A DNA stretch of 64,000 nt from Amoebophrya sp. A120 (lineage: Eukaryota; Protista; Dinoflagellata), in assembly GCA_905178155.1 (NCBI GenBank), contig CAJINV010000001.1, positions 12,504,676 through 12,568,675 of the forward strand. The letters run 5' to 3'. Under the pieces are notes generated by a model. That model saw nothing but the letters and a program-made list of their open reading frames with translations, had not been told where the DNA came from and did no database searches. The stretch's first letter is position 1. The number at the start of each line of letters is the position of its first letter. Below, in pieces: positions 1-13,349 of the stretch. Both the position numbers and the translations under genes were made by a program.

Positions 1-3000
1 CTCCGCTTCGTTCTTAGTCTGCTCCATTTTGCGCACTTGCTCTTTTGTGAAAACCGTCGGCTCATCGTCTTCTTCCTCGTCGGAGAAGTTTGTCGAGCCG
101 ACTTGAAATCGCAGGTCAGGTGACTTCTTGGTAGTCGATGATGCGTCTTTGTTGGCATCTTCCATGTCATCGAAGTCCGTGGAAACAACTTTGATCGCAA
201 GATCGGACGACGGGCGCGGAGGTGGCAGAAACGAAGTGGAGCTCTGGTGCTGATTTTCCGCAGCGTCTTGAACAGGGGAAAAGAAAGCGTCAAAATTCGC
301 GAAGTTCGCCTTGTGTCTTTTCACCCGCTGGCGAAAATCTCGAAATCGCTGATCTGGATCATCTGCTTCCTGCGCTTCAGCTTCCTCCGAAACACGAGCC
401 GGTGCTGAGTTCGTCTCAGAAACGGAATTCTTACCCTCTACCTCCTCGCCCGCCAACTGCCCCGGAAGAGTTCTCGCGTAAACCGCTCGCCGCCAATTCC
501 TTTGCAGAACACCGATGGCTGTGCGCTTCCTACCAGCGATCTCTACCGCTTTCCGTCGCTCCCGCAGACCACGATACAGCTCGCCGATACGGCGCGCGGC
601 TTTTTGATTCTCTGCTTCCGGCCAGATCTCCTCTGTCGCGAGAATGGCGTCTAGGCCCTGCTTTCGTTCGTCAAAGGACGTTGCGGAGGACGAACGGTCC
701 ATCGAGATAAGCCGCATGTTGATCACGCCAGACCCATACACCTCCTCCGCGATGACGATACCCGTTGGGGTGCCAGGCGATCGCTGGTTTTGTAGTACAA
801 CCACGCCACCAGCACTTTTCCCGCCATCGCTGCCGGGAGACGAACCCTGGAGATCTTCCTGTCTGGTGCTTGTCAGCGGCGACCCGGCGGCGCTTTCCTC
901 GTAGGAAGGTGGCGTGCCGGGCCCCAGAGCCTCGCGCATCTCAGACAAGGCCGATTCCAAAGCCTGCTTTCGCAGGCTCTCCAAGTCCAGCGGGCTGTTC
1001 TCGTCCGCGACGCGCCCGACGTCGTCGTCATCACCCACAGCGTCGTGGTACTCGTGAGCATCCTTTTGTTCCTCCGACGTATCGGATCGTTGGGTTTCCT
1101 TTTTTTGTGCGTCAATTATGGCAGGTCGTGGTGGACCTTCTGCATAAGAAGTAGACTCTTTCTCAATCACTGCTGAGACGACCTGCAAACCGTTTTGTAT
1201 TTCGCCGTTGGCGAAGAATTCCGATGGCGAGACTTTCTCCTCTAAGGGTTCGGCTTCTGCGGTTTTGGCAATGGTTTTCCCGTCATCCGTCCCCGACCAG
1301 CACACCTCCTCCGCCGTCGGTGGCATGGACCCTTCTCTTCGCATCGTCTTTGACGCGACCTTTTCCGAGTGCGACGGGTGACGGTCATCACTGATGTGCT
1401 CCACCTGCTCGTCGACATCCACGCTCCGTTCGTAGTCGCTGCTACTCGCTTCCGATTGTTGCACGAAAGAAGTGGTGTTCGCTTCATATTGGAAGTCGAA
1501 GTAGTGCCGCAAGTAGTGCTGGTACGGACTGGTTCCCGGGAAGATGAATCGGCGGGAGTACATCGCAAAACTTCTGCCAGTCACCGAGATGTCGCGCAGC
1601 ATAGCTTCCACGATCGCACAGCACCGACTGCGATCCGCTGGCGGCAGGACCCCCGCCACGGGGGAGACGAGCAGCGGAGAGCAAAGTGGTACCACCGCAC
1701 TGGCGACCACGGCGGCGCCCAACAGCGGCCGGGCCGCGTGCAAGAACTCGAAGAGGGCGAGGACTGTGGCCGGCGTCGGCAGAACACTGTTGTACTCACT
1801 ATTCCGGTTGATGTTCTGCTCTTGCGCAAGCAACTGCGCCCGCTCGGGTAACGACGCGCCACTGCTGCTCTGGTCATCTGACCGAGGAAGCGACTCGTGG
1901 CTCTTCGCCCCGAGTCCCGCGATCAAGTCTGGGACGTTCTGGCTCAGGTAGTTTAGCAGGATCGCCTCGTGCTGTGAGGTGCTGGAGATCACGTCAGACC
2001 TCGTTGTTTTCAGCGCAGAAGTAGCCTTGTTTATTCCACCTGCAGTTGTCAAAGCACCAGTGCTGGAAGAGGACGGCGAAGATGAAGAACCTGCTTGTGC
2101 TTGCAGGATTCGTCTGCCAAACAGCAGCACCAGTGGCAGGATTTCGTTGCGCAAGTCGTCCCTGGTCACATACTCGGCAAAGTGCTGCAGCGTCAACAGC
2201 GCAAACACGTAAACGCGCTCCACTTCTGCTGATAACTCTTGCTCCGAAAGTTGCTCTTCGTGGTCCCGTGTCGGGTGCAAGAGGAGTGCGTGGCTTTCTA
2301 GCAGAAGCCTTGCAACGGGGAGCAGTAATTGCGATTTCACTTGCCGTGCGTCCCGCTGCGGGCCGGGAGCGGCCGCAGATAGTTCCTGGTACAATTTGGT
2401 CTGGCTGTTGCTGCGGCTCGCTGGGGGGCTGCTGGCGCTACTCTCGCTGCGCAACAGAGATGTCGTCGACCCCACCGCTGGCATGGGATCGGTTTGCAAT
2501 TCCACAGCTGTCGCAAGATTTTGGCCGACCATTGCACCTTTGCTATTGCTGTCCTGCTGAAGCCAAAGCCCAAACAGGCCTCGCTTTGTTCCTTGCTTAT
2601 TTCCCTTCTGCTCGACGATAGGATTTCCTTCTTTTGAAGCACTTGCCAAGTCAGCTTTTTTCGACCGCGACAGGCACACCCTTAGCAGGCCGCAAAGTGC
2701 TGAGACCGCGCGACGGATCTTCCCAATTCGCGTTTGCTCAAAGTCCGTCGCGGAAGATGACAGCACTAGTGCCTTGTGCAGCAGCTCGAATAGCAAGGTG
2801 CGCCATATCTCGCTGGCGGAAATCACGTCTTCCAGTTCCGGAAGGCAGGACAAAACCGTCTGCTCGCGCTCGACCGTGCCGGAATCGGTGCCCCTCAGTC
2901 CCGTTTTCACCGCATCAAACAGAGAGACGTGAGTATCGGAGAAAAAATCCCGGCCGCCGCCAGTGACAATGCCGGAAGTCGCGGAGAAAATCAAAGAGAG

Positions 3001-4581
3001 CAGAATGTCAATGTCCGCGACCTTCCGCGGTCGGATCCGGTGGCTGTGCTGCCACAGATTGGCAAACAAGGGGAAGAAGCGCGTCGGCAAGACCAGTGAC
3101 ACCTGTGGCTCGTGCTCCTGCAGCAAGTCCCGCACCGGGGTGGCGCGCGCGCTCAGGGGGTGGAGGGAAACTTCCGTACCGTATTTGTACTCGGCGGTAT
3201 CGATAGCGCGATCCTGGTCTACAAACCACTTAATAAATTCGCCGGACGAGGTGGAGGAGGAACCTGCGATACAGATAAACTTTGTCCAAATTACTTGTGG
3301 AGAATTCGAAACAAATACGGCCCTGTTGATGCAACACGAAAAGCTTCTATGCAAAATTTACGAACAAGAGTCCAAATTACCTCTTTCACTCCGCGCACTG
3401 ACACTTGACCGACCGGTCGCCAGCGAAACGTCCGCCCCGGTTGGTTTCACCCCGTCGCCCGCCGACCCGCGCGCCTCCAGTCCCAGCAGCACGTCTTGCG
3501 CTCGTTCCAGCTTGCGCAGCAATCCGTAAGGGTTCTGGCGAAAAAACGGGCAGCTCTGCCACTCCCCGACCGATTTGTAGCGCTCGTTCGCTTCAGGCGA
3601 CAGATTTTGCAGTAAAGGTTTCGCCAGCTCCGCCAACCCAGCATCCACTTTTTGCATCTCGATTTTCAGCTTCTCGCGCTTCAGAGGCAAGGCGTAAGCC
3701 TTTGCCAGCAACACTGCCACGCCGAACACGTCGCTTCTCACATCCGGCTTCTTGCCTTCCTGGAGAACCACCTCGGCAGCAACGTGCAACGTAGAAATTT
3801 GACTCCGCAACAGGATCCGCGCGACACTGTACGTCTCTGCGGATTCATCCTGTAGTTCGGACGCGTCGCTCATCTCCGCTTCTCCCTTGGTCGACGACAG
3901 TGCGAGCGAACAGCCCAGCCCGGCAATTTTCGGTACGGAGTTGTGGGCGAGAAAAATGCAGTCCGGCGTCAGTCGCCGGTGCACGCGCCTCACGGTGCGG
4001 TGAAGCCAATACAGCCCCCGGCAGACGCCGAACAGGCAACTGCGGATCTCCAAATCCGTGAGGGCGAAGGGCGCTGCATCCTCCGGTGCGGTGCTGCCTT
4101 TGCCATTGCCACCTCCTTTGTTCCGCCCAGCATTTAAATTTCGTCCAGGCGCGCCACTCCCCCCCGCTTGGGCTTGCGATCCTCCCGGAGATGGACCACA
4201 CGCGGGGTACTCCAACTGCAGACCGAGCTGCAGCATGGCGAGCGTTCCGAGTAGCCCGGGCCCGATGAAGAACAACACATCCTCGGTCTCCTGCAGCGGA
4301 AAGATGACATCCAGGAAATTCGGGTGCTTCAGCCGCGTCAGAATCCGGACTTCTCGCCGGAGCACCTCATCCCGTTCGTGTTCGGTTTTGTGCGCGAAGA
4401 AGAGAGTCACCCGGGTTTGCCGTTGCAGGCACAAGCCGGGGACCAGGTTCCAATCGCCCGTGACCGTCTCGCCAAACTCCACAGTCGCGGTGTGGTCCGC
4501 CTTCACCGTCCCATGCCAGTTCCACTCGTACTGCCGCGGGAGTGAGCGGTGCCACGCTGCATAGTACGGCAGCATACTCAT
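1..4581 (-). CDS. SCY1-like protein kinase (pseudokinase plus helical/low-complexity C-terminus); 3' end runs off the window start
   Basis: ORF 3358-4581 has kinase-like motifs (LRREVRILTRLKHPNFLDV, VHRRLTPDCIFL, PKIAGLG, SDVFGVAVL). A GT-AG intron at 3264-3380 leads into a second exon that looks open towards base 1 (e.g. DDLRNEILPLVLLF). Confidence 0.7.
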
Positions 4582-5177
4582 CCCTGACCGGTGCGGCGAG
4601 ATGAGACATCAACAGTTTTTCACGACTCCAAAATACTTACTTTCACAAGCTTTTTCGTAGCACCTTGACTCGCTGTTCATCTGGTGAACGCTTGCTGCCA
4701 GTTTGATAACCCCACTACAGTTCTTCAAAAGGCAGATCGACAAAAAGATCGATGGGCGATGAAATAAGATCCCTCCATCACAAAATCTTCCGAAGATGAA
4801 TAGTATAGATACGAAGCACAATTTACATTTCAATGAAGACCTTCCTCACGATCTTCTTCGGCTCCACGAAATGAAAACACTTTGCGTCTTTCAGTGAGTT
4901 ACTATGACGATAGAGCAGCTTTCCCCGACTTGCAGTTCGGCGACTGCACACAGAACTCTGCTCCCTCCGCAGCTCCATCACAATAAAGGATCGGCGAAGT
5001 TTTTCCCCCAATGCTGAAAAGAAAACGTCGCGGGACGACTACCCAAGCGATCACTACTAGTCCGGCATGACTTTATTCTCGAGTTGTAGAAAAAACCTTG
5101 CTGGTACACCACCAGAGTCGGTGCATCATGTGTAGAAAGTACTCCTTCTGCCTTCTTTGAGTAGTACTTACACACAC

Positions 5178-6791
5178 CTAATCCGCAGTCGATGCGTTCT
5201 GTTCCATGAAGTACTTCTCAATTTTTTTGCACTCGTCGGAAAAAGGAATGGCCTGAGACAAGTCAAATTCGTCTTTTTCACTGTGCAGGGGGTCCTCCGG
5301 GTCGTAATCCGCGATTCCCGCGTGCCTACAAAGATTCAGCTGCGCCAGCTTCCGCAGTCGCATTTTGTGGTTTCGCGCCCTCCTGGTACTCTCCACCAGA
5401 TCTACGCTCTCCTGCGATTTGACGCACTGGCCCGAGGCCTTGAAAATATCCGCGTCGCACACGTTGTCCCAGGCATCCTGGTAAGCAGCCTGCGCTGCCT
5501 CCTCCAGTTCGCGGGCCGGGCGGATTTTTTCCGCGAGCATGTCGCGCTTCATGTGCCATTTTCTGATTGTTTTCTCGTGGTTGGACTCGGCCGCAGCGGG
5601 AAATTTCGTGCAGTCCACGCCCCTTTCCGGGTGACGGAGAGCAATCAAGTTGACCTGCCCCGTCTCCTCCGCCTTTTTCTCTGCCCTCTCGCGTGCCTGG
5701 TCAATTTGGTACTCCGTAAACTGCTCCGCCGGTGTTGGGGGTTTCTCTTCCGCCGCGACTTCCACCGGATCCGGGTCGCGGCACGGCTCCCCACGGCCGG
5801 TCAGCGCGTTGCATTCCTCGAAAAAGCGCGCCCGCATGCTGTGGTACCCCTCCACCTGCTTGTTCGTGGCTGCTAAGTCTACTTGCGGAACCGGTAGGCC
5901 GCACTGAATGGCTCGGCGGTACCACTCGACCCCGACACAGACGGACTTTTTCTCCGCGGTCCACGGTGCCGGTGCCACTTTGTCCTCAAAAGTGAGCTTG
6001 AACGCGTGTGTCAGCCAGTCGAAAAAGGGCGCGCTGCTCGGTACCGGAAGTCCGGTGATGGGGTTAACTTCAGGCTGGTTTTGGCTAGTACCGGAACTAC
6101 CATCCCCTGCACCTTGGTCACCGGTGGACGACCCTTCACCTACTTTGGCACCTTCACCCTCTTTCGCACCTTCACCTTCACCGCCCGCCACCGCCCACTG
6201 GCGCGTTCCCGCGCCGCCGTGCACACAGATCAGTCTGGATTGGGCCGGAAACCCGGCCTCCCCGTGCGGCGAGTCGTTCTGGCAGAACACGTCCGCCTTC
6301 GTGCTCGACTCCGAGGCGTAGACACAGGGTTCGAGCTTCTCCCCGTACAGGTTCGTGTCGCGCATCAGGGGTGGCACTAGCGGTCTACCATCAATCGTGG
6401 TCTTCCCCCCGTAGTACTCGTACCACGGAATGGTGTCATCGGGCCTCTCCGGCTTATCCAACTCCAATGCCGGTGCTGCTGTCGATGCGGGAGCTTCGGG
6501 CTGTTCTGCCGCCGGTTCATCGGCCGGAGTATCAGCAGCTGCTGAATTTCCATCGTCCTTGGGCGCAGCTGCTGCATCGTCCTTGGGTGCAGTAGCTGCT
6601 GCATCGTCCTTGGGTGCAGTAGCTGCTACATCGTCTTTGGGTGTAGCAGTTGCTGCATCATCACCGTCGTCTGCAAACGACGTAACATGACGTGCTCGGC
6701 TGCGTCCGCCAATAGTCTCGTACAGTGAAGCGCTGCGCAAAAGCGACAAAATGTCGTCTAGCACATGCGCTGATGAGACCACGCCACGCAT
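5178..6791 (-). CDS. DUF2237-like domain protein with acidic repeat N-terminus
   Basis: 537-aa ORF. NLYGEKLEPC...SVCVGVEWYRRAIQCGLPVPQVDLAATN resembles the DUF2237 pattern NVLGxPLxPC...WCLCAxRWxEAxxAGxAPPVxLxAT (recognised from memory). Confidence 0.6.
   Translation of the reverse strand: MRGVVSSAHVLDDILSLLRSASLYETIGGRSRARHVTSFADDGDDAATATPKDDVAATAPKDDAAATAPKDDAAAAPKDDGNSAAADTPADEPAAEQPEAPASTAAPALELDKPERPDDTIPWYEYYGGKTTIDGRPLVPPLMRDTNLYGEKLEPCVYASESSTKADVFCQNDSPHGEAGFPAQSRLICVHGGAGTRQWAVAGGEGEGAKEGEGAKVGEGSSTGDQGAGDGSSGTSQNQPEVNPITGLPVPSSAPFFDWLTHAFKLTFEDKVAPAPWTAEKKSVCVGVEWYRRAIQCGLPVPQVDLAATNKQVEGYHSMRARFFEECNALTGRGEPCRDPDPVEVAAEEKPPTPAEQFTEYQIDQARERAEKKAEETGQVNLIALRHPERGVDCTKFPAAAESNHEKTIRKWHMKRDMLAEKIRPARELEEAAQAAYQDAWDNVCDADIFKASGQCVKSQESVDLVESTRRARNHKMRLRKLAQLNLCRHAGIADYDPEDPLHSEKDEFDLSQAIPFSDECKKIEKYFMEQNASTAD
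6550..6662. repeat. Coding tandem repeat, ~27-bp unit x4 (DDAAATAPK)
   Basis: gcatcgtccttgggtgcagtagctgct repeated with small variations. Confidence 0.85.
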
Positions 6792-7241
6792 TATTCTATT
6801 CTGGTGTTTTGTGTCTAGTGTGGCCCCTCTTTCACTTGAAAATTCCGTGGAAATTGTTTGCTCGATGGACGGTGGCTCAACCTCAACCTGCGGTAGCGAC
6901 TATATCCGTTCTCTCTACCGCCACGACCGAATCCTCGCGATACCAAATGCAGTCTCGGACGCATTTTACAGCGATCTCTCTTCTGTTCATTCACGTACAA
7001 AACAAGGCCAAGAATCTTGGACTTTTTTGAGTCAATCATATTTGAGCAGCTTAGCGTCATGCGAGAAACGAATGAAAAAAGGGTCGGAAAGGCCCAAGCT
7101 TTTGCGATAGCGCCTTCGTACGCAAGGAAAGACGGCGATGGGTGCTGTTTTTGACGGTGACTCTAAAGAAGAAAATGAAGAACATCAGCAATAGCTAAAG
7201 CAATACGACCCCTGACAGCTTAGCAGAGTCGTTCTTCCAAC

Positions 7242-8549
7242 TCATGACTGCAACTGCTCCACGCTTTGTAGTTCCGGAACCAACTTCTGCTTCACTTCCT
7301 GTCGACGGTGCAGTATGCTCAGTAATTTTTCTGGAGCGTCGTGACAACTGACGTCAATGTAGAACTCTGCTTGGCGCCGAGCTTTCGATACCTTGTCAGG
7401 ACAATTCAGACGCGGGATTACGTACGGAGGGTAAACCATAAAGGACTGTGCTCCAGTATTCTGTGCCGACGAGAAACACTCCTTCATCTCCTCCCGTGGG
7501 AATACGAAGACACCGAGCAACTCTTGTGTCGCAACACACACGTCCATAACACAAATAACATCCAACCCGAGAGCCTCTTCTTGTGTCAGCGGACGTTCCT
7601 GGGTTTCCCCGTGCGCGTAGTTTGCCGTTGACAGCTTCACCCGCTTTCTTTTGTTCTGGTACTCTGGAGGCGATGACGCCAGCTTGTGAAGCACATTCAA
7701 CCCATCGAGATGCGAATTGCAGGCAATTTTTCGTGGGTCAGGCGGCGGAAATGAGAGCCGTACTCCGCTGCGCCTGTACAGTAGCCGGTCCGCGGAGATC
7801 AGGGCGCGCGCAATTGCAAAGTCACTGGTGTTCTCAAGAGCAGGGCCGGATAACACATCAAGGAAACAGTCGTGAAGTCCGAGTGGAGACGCCGCAAGCC
7901 AATGCTTTTGCAGCACCTCGGCCAGGGAACCGCTGCAAAGCCCCGCAGATTGTCGAAACAACATGTTCAACCGCCGCCGGCTTCTCATTTTCCCATAAAT
8001 CCATCTGCTTGCTCCGCCAGGAAAGTTCTCAGTGAAGAAAGTGCCAATTGTCGGGGCAACACACACTAGCGGAAACCGATGTGCATGTTGTGCGCGAAGT
8101 CGGAAACGAAACTCGGCTTCCCCTACGCTTTCTCGATAACGCGACTGCCGGACGCTTGTCTTGACAACGAGTGGCAGCCATAAATCTTCACTCGTCCCGT
8201 ACCGATAGAGAACTGTAGCCGGCCATCGAAACGGTAAGTTGTAAAACTCAAACTTAGCATCCTCTGCAAGGACAGCGCGACAAAAATGATCGAAACCTTG
8301 CCGGTTGATCATGTGCGTTTCTTTTCCAGCCAAGCCGGTGTCTCGAATCGGGTTCGCGTCTACCAGTGAGGAAACATCTGTTGCGTGACTTTCTGAAAGG
8401 CTGTACGGCATTCCGGGCATCTTTCCTCTGGCTTTGACGTGACGACACGCAGCATATCCCCCAAAGTATCGTGTGGACGGGGCAGAAACGAAGGCTCCAT
8501 ACGGGCTCCCACACCGAAATGATGAAAGAGAAGCCACCATCATCGACAT
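7242..8549 (-). CDS. Hypothetical protein, single exon, possible mitochondrial presequence
   Basis: 435-aa ORF; N-terminus is Ser/Arg-rich and lacks acidic residues; same strand as neighbours. Confidence 0.6.
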   Translation of the reverse strand: MSMMVASLSSFRCGSPYGAFVSAPSTRYFGGYAACRHVKARGKMPGMPYSLSESHATDVSSLVDANPIRDTGLAGKETHMINRQGFDHFCRAVLAEDAKFEFYNLPFRWPATVLYRYGTSEDLWLPLVVKTSVRQSRYRESVGEAEFRFRLRAQHAHRFPLVCVAPTIGTFFTENFPGGASRWIYGKMRSRRRLNMLFRQSAGLCSGSLAEVLQKHWLAASPLGLHDCFLDVLSGPALENTSDFAIARALISADRLLYRRSGVRLSFPPPDPRKIACNSHLDGLNVLHKLASSPPEYQNKRKRVKLSTANYAHGETQERPLTQEEALGLDVICVMDVCVATQELLGVFVFPREEMKECFSSAQNTGAQSFMVYPPYVIPRLNCPDKVSKARRQAEFYIDVSCHDAPEKLLSILHRRQEVKQKLVPELQSVEQLQS

Positions 8550-9039
8550 ATTACAATCAAAAGCCTGCCCTATCCGAGAAGAGGAAGAGCTGTATACATT
8601 GATTTTGCTGCCAACAATTCATCCATTTATGATGATCAGTTGCGCTTGCGTCGATAAATCTAACGCAGCAGCTGGCATTACTAGAATGCACGCTTATTTG
8701 CTGAAACGACATGGTTAATAAGTCTCGTCGTGCACTGGATCTTCCGCCAATTCTGTCACTTCCTGTATTCCAGTTTCATTCACCCCTCTGGCAATGCGCG
8801 CAACTCAGTCTCAATCCAGCGCTCTGCTATCACATAGGCTAAGCTGCTTCATCTGGCTTTACAGTGATCTCTCTGTTGTTCACGTTCATGCCACATATGA
8901 TGGATCATGAGTAAAGATTAAAAAGTTACGAACAAAATACATTGCAGCTGCGTCCGCAGTGCAAGTCGAAAACAGCCACTCGCTTGTCACTTGTCGCCTG
9001 CTACAACGGGCTGAATACACTCAAACCGCGCAACTGTTT

Positions 9040-10053
9040 TCAGCTCACTAAGGCAGAAGCCGAGTCGTGATGGTCCGGTCGATTTTCACTACTGTTTCCA
9101 TCGCCATCCTCGCTTTCCGCAGCTGGCTTCGCTTCGCTCCGCATCGATGCAAACCAGGAAAATGAAGGGAAAACGCTCTCGCTTCTTTCACTGGTGGGAT
9201 TACTTTGTGCCAACTCCTGCCGCGGCATTTCTTCGATCTTCGCGTTCCCATCGCTCGTTTTGCTCGTCCGCTTCTCCAAAAATTTCCTACTTTTCGAGCC
9301 CGGAGCCGCTTCGTAGTACAGCTTGACGTCGATGCACCCGATCGGATCCCCGGTTTCCACGTCGTGATACACCTGCCGACTGCGATACCAGCCCAGCGGC
9401 GTGAAGGGGGCGAGCTTGGCGTGTTTGGTCTCCAAAATTCGGTGGTCGTTCGGCTGCAGCGGGCAGGTGCCGGGGTGGTCTTTGCACACGTCGAGCTTCG
9501 GGATGTACACGAAAGTGATCCAGACTTTGCCGAAAAGCTTGTACATCTGTTGGAAGCTCGCTTCCAACTCCCTCCGCTCCGACTTCCCGTGATACGTGAA
9601 CTCCTTGTGGATCACCTGAAGATCGAAATTGTTGTTCAGAGGTAAATCTACATGTAATGTACATATGGATCAAGATGCTAATCGCCCATACCACGGATAC
9701 AGATTCGAGAATTTTCTATTCGCAAAAAGTATCAAGCGGACCACCTGCTGCACATCTGGCGTCAGGGGGTCAGGCGATGCGGAAACAGTCGTCCATTCCA
9801 TTTCTGATTTTGCCTCGATTTCCGTGGAACAGTCGTACCAACGCGCATGGTGATCGCCGGCGATGGATTTTTTGTAGCCCGCTGCCGCAGTGTCATCATC
9901 GGCCAGCTCCACGAATTTCACCCTTTCTGGCATCAGCGGGAGCGAGTCGCGCCAAAAGCCTTGCAAGACCTCAGCGCCACTGCCGCAACATACCCAAGCA
10001 CCAAAACCGCATAGCACGGAAAAGCCCAAAACTTGTAGCAGAACGCCGGCCAT
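9040..10053 (-). CDS. ML (MD-2/NPC2-like) lipid-recognition domain protein, 2 exons
   Basis: Hydrophobic N-terminus; WYDCS...SASPDPL [GT-AG intron 9616-9744] ...DVCKDHPGTCPLQP...TPLGWY...IGCIDV matches the ML-domain Cys pattern. Confidence 0.75.
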
Positions 10054-10351
10054 TTTGCGAGTTTCTAAGTAGTCACAAATGACAAACCGTCTACGTCTCT
10101 GAATGAAGAAAAAACCAGAAAATGTGCGAAGAAGTGGAAGTTTCGTCGTTCTTCCCACAACGCTTTGTTCACAAAGTTGAACACTTTTGCAAAAGTGCAG
10201 CCGAACGCCTGCATTATGGACGTGGCAAGAATATGCCTTGGCCTTGGCCAAGGCTGTTTTTTTGCTATTGCGCGCAAGAAATAGCTGTTTTCGGAACCAC
10301 TGGTCCTCCTAGAAGCATTCGCCAATACAGCGTGACGCTCATCTCCTAGGG

Positions 10352-12620
10352 CTACAAACGGTCCTGTCCCTCTTGGCGCATAGCGAGCTCTCGCTCTTTT
10401 TGCAGTACCGGGACTATTGCGCCCAGAAACCAGCCGTCTATTATCCGCGGATCCTCCTCCCGGTAGGGTTTGCACTCGCGCAACCCGTACGTATCCAGGA
10501 AAAAAGGTGTGCAAGCGTAACTTTCTTTGAGAAACAGCATCACAAATTTGCTCTACATGACAGAGAAAACCTGGCATGCGTGGCTTGTAAGGGAAAACAC
10601 ACATGAAAAGAGGACTTCATGGCTGTCTGGCATGACAGGTGTAACTCTGTTGCATGTTCTGCAATAGTACAAATTTACACTTACACAGTTTTTTTCTTGC
10701 ATAGTACGCGAGGTCCGTGTATTGCAGTTCCTCAGCCAGTTCTATCCAACTGCGGTACCAAAACTCGTAACTTTTGTAGTTCTCGCGGGCGTGTGTTCGC
10801 GCGAGCTCGTACGCGAAGACGGCGATGAACGTGGTGCGCACGAAGCGCTCGAACTTGGCGAAGTTCATTTTCCGAGTGGTCACCCGCTGCACGAAGTCCG
10901 TTTTTGGCTGTTGCGGACCTGATAATTTTGGGAAATGCGAAAACGAATGTCACAAAGAACCAGCGGAGTTTTACAGTAAGCACGACGTCGTGTCCGAATT
11001 GACGAAAGAGCAGTCGCTCATTTGCAAAAGGAATTCAAAATACCCGGCAGGTCGTACGTGACCTCCGCCTCCATCGGGCAGTCAAAGTACACCCCGATTT
11101 TTCGGAAGAGGAAATCTATGTCCGTTTTCTCCATGTGCCGTGTGGCGGCGTGCAGGTCCAAAAATTTGATCATTCGCTGGTAGAGCAGGTTTGTCGCTGG
11201 CTGGAGAAAGCAGTCGACGGACAGGCGACAGTACTGTGCGTCATACTTCATGTGGTACATGCCCCAGTCGAATCTGCGGTGTTGGGTTCTTTCTTCATCA
11301 GCAATTGTACAAACACATCAGTTTCATCACTTCTGTTTGCTAAACAATTTTATCTCAAAGCCCAGGCCGTACGACCAAGAAAAAGCGATGCGCAGCGAGA
11401 ATTTTTTATCACAACAAGTTTACATGGGCCAGAGACTGTCGAAGCTTTCCCAGTGGAGGCAGAAGAGCGACTTGGTGTGGAAGTTGAGCAAGAACTCGTA
11501 GAGCTTCAAACACTCGCTCCGCACGCTCCCGAGCTCCACCTGCACCCAGATCTTGTCCAGCAGATTGTTCCGCGCCATCCAGTCCGGCAGGTTCTCGTCG
11601 TTTCCAAAATCGTACTGCGTCGGATACTCCGCGAGGTCCACACCATCCTGGACGGCAACCTTGGTCTGCTTCACGAAGAAACACGTGCCTAAAGTATCAC
11701 GAATGCTGCAGTGACGGATGCACACTCTCGTTCCGCGCAGCGTTCGCATAGAAAAAATTTGGGTTTTACAAAACTCAACTGCAAAAACTAAAACATAGAT
11801 GTCGACTCAACATATACAGTTGTGATGTCACTACTTTAGTATACCTGGCTCGAGCTGCCACTGCACGGGGAACGGCGTTGGGTTGGCCTTTGCGTTGCCA
11901 AAGAGATCGTACTCTCGTATGTAGATGGTCCCGTCGAAGACATAGGGTTCCTCGCCAGCGGGGACTTTTATCTGTTATGATTCATTTATTCGTTCTTGCG
12001 TGGATGCTTACATGAGCCGGCAGGGAACGAGCCACAAGAAAACACGAAAGCATGACACATAACGAAGGAGCCACGACCAATAACAGTAAAAATACCATGC
12101 TGTGTATCTCCCCCAGCCCTGGCTTCGTCTGCTGGAGCAGTGACTTCAACTCCGAAATCGGCATTCTGAAGGGCCCGTACGTCGTTTTCAGCAAAGGATG
12201 GTCCTCTTCGTCGAGCCTCTTCGGGGTGCTGAGTTTGTGCACGTAGAGCTTGGAACTACTCGAGTTTTCTATCCTGCCCAAAGTAGTGGACAACTGCATT
12301 TGCACGATTTCGCCGTAGGCAGACCCACCACCGACGTTTTCTGCGAACGAATCTGGGGGAAAGGGCGTGTGCGACACAAAGTAACTCGTTCCGCGCTGGA
12401 CGAGGGTTGAGTCGCCCGCGCCCGGGTCGATGCCGGCGGTGCACGCCGGTTCGGAGTTTGTGTCCATTATAGTGAGGTTCCCCTCCAAGCTGTCGCCCTC
12501 CCATATCGGCTCGGGCTCCACCGTGCAGGCTGTTTCTGGCGTTACCCATCGGAGCAGCTCGAAGGCGCGTCGCCAACAGTGCTCCAGCGTCCAGCCGGCG
12601 ATTACCGGCGGACCAGTCAT
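10352..12620 (-). CDS. Multi-exon hypothetical protein
   Basis: Coding-like segments joined by GT-AG introns at about 11690-11843, 11275-11423 and 10919-11043; both ends uncertain. Confidence 0.5.
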
Positions 12621-13349
12621 CTTTTTTGACTGTCTTTGGTTCTTCGGGGGATAAAGTTGTGGACTGAATCACTGCGAAGATGTACGAGGTGGACCCTTAA
12701 GATTTCAATATTCGCAGTAAACGACACTGGTCTACTCCCGGGATGGCTACGCGATTCGCGGTTTGCGCGGATTCTACTGCCAGCTGATTGCCGAAGCTGC
12801 GAGGGGAGCAGGGCTGATCTTCGATCGCTGTCACTGAGTACACCTTTCTGCACTCTGTGCCGTCTCGGCTTGTCGGTTTGACCTCCGCTTACCGTTTCGC
12901 TGAATGTACCAGCTGCAACGATGTCGAGCGACTGACCGCACGGGAGGCTATTCTTTTTCGAAGGCGGTGACTCAGACAGAAGTTTTCTTCTAGCTAAAAG
13001 CAAGCAGAAGTGCATTCTGAATCCAGTTGCACAGTTGTACAAGAACTCTCTTTCCGATTGCTCACTCCCGTACTCTCTTCCGACGGAGACGACTACCGTT
13101 TGCAGCAGCTGTCATCGCTCGTTACTGTTCCACTGCCACGAAAACACGACTGCGTTCTGGCACGATATCATGACGGACGATTTTTCTTGACGATAAAAAG
13201 CCGGCGAAGAACATAACATCAGAAGATGATATTTATAGCAGCTTCTATTCACCATTGACTACCGTCGCAGTTGTATCCCGATTTTTATTTGGATATGCAG
13301 CATGCGTTCGCTTTTCCTTCATTCCTCACATCGAAGATCTCACACTATC

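Noticed and set aside
222-3529. Many plus-strand ORFs
   Set aside because: They are antisense shadows of the long minus-strand kinase exon
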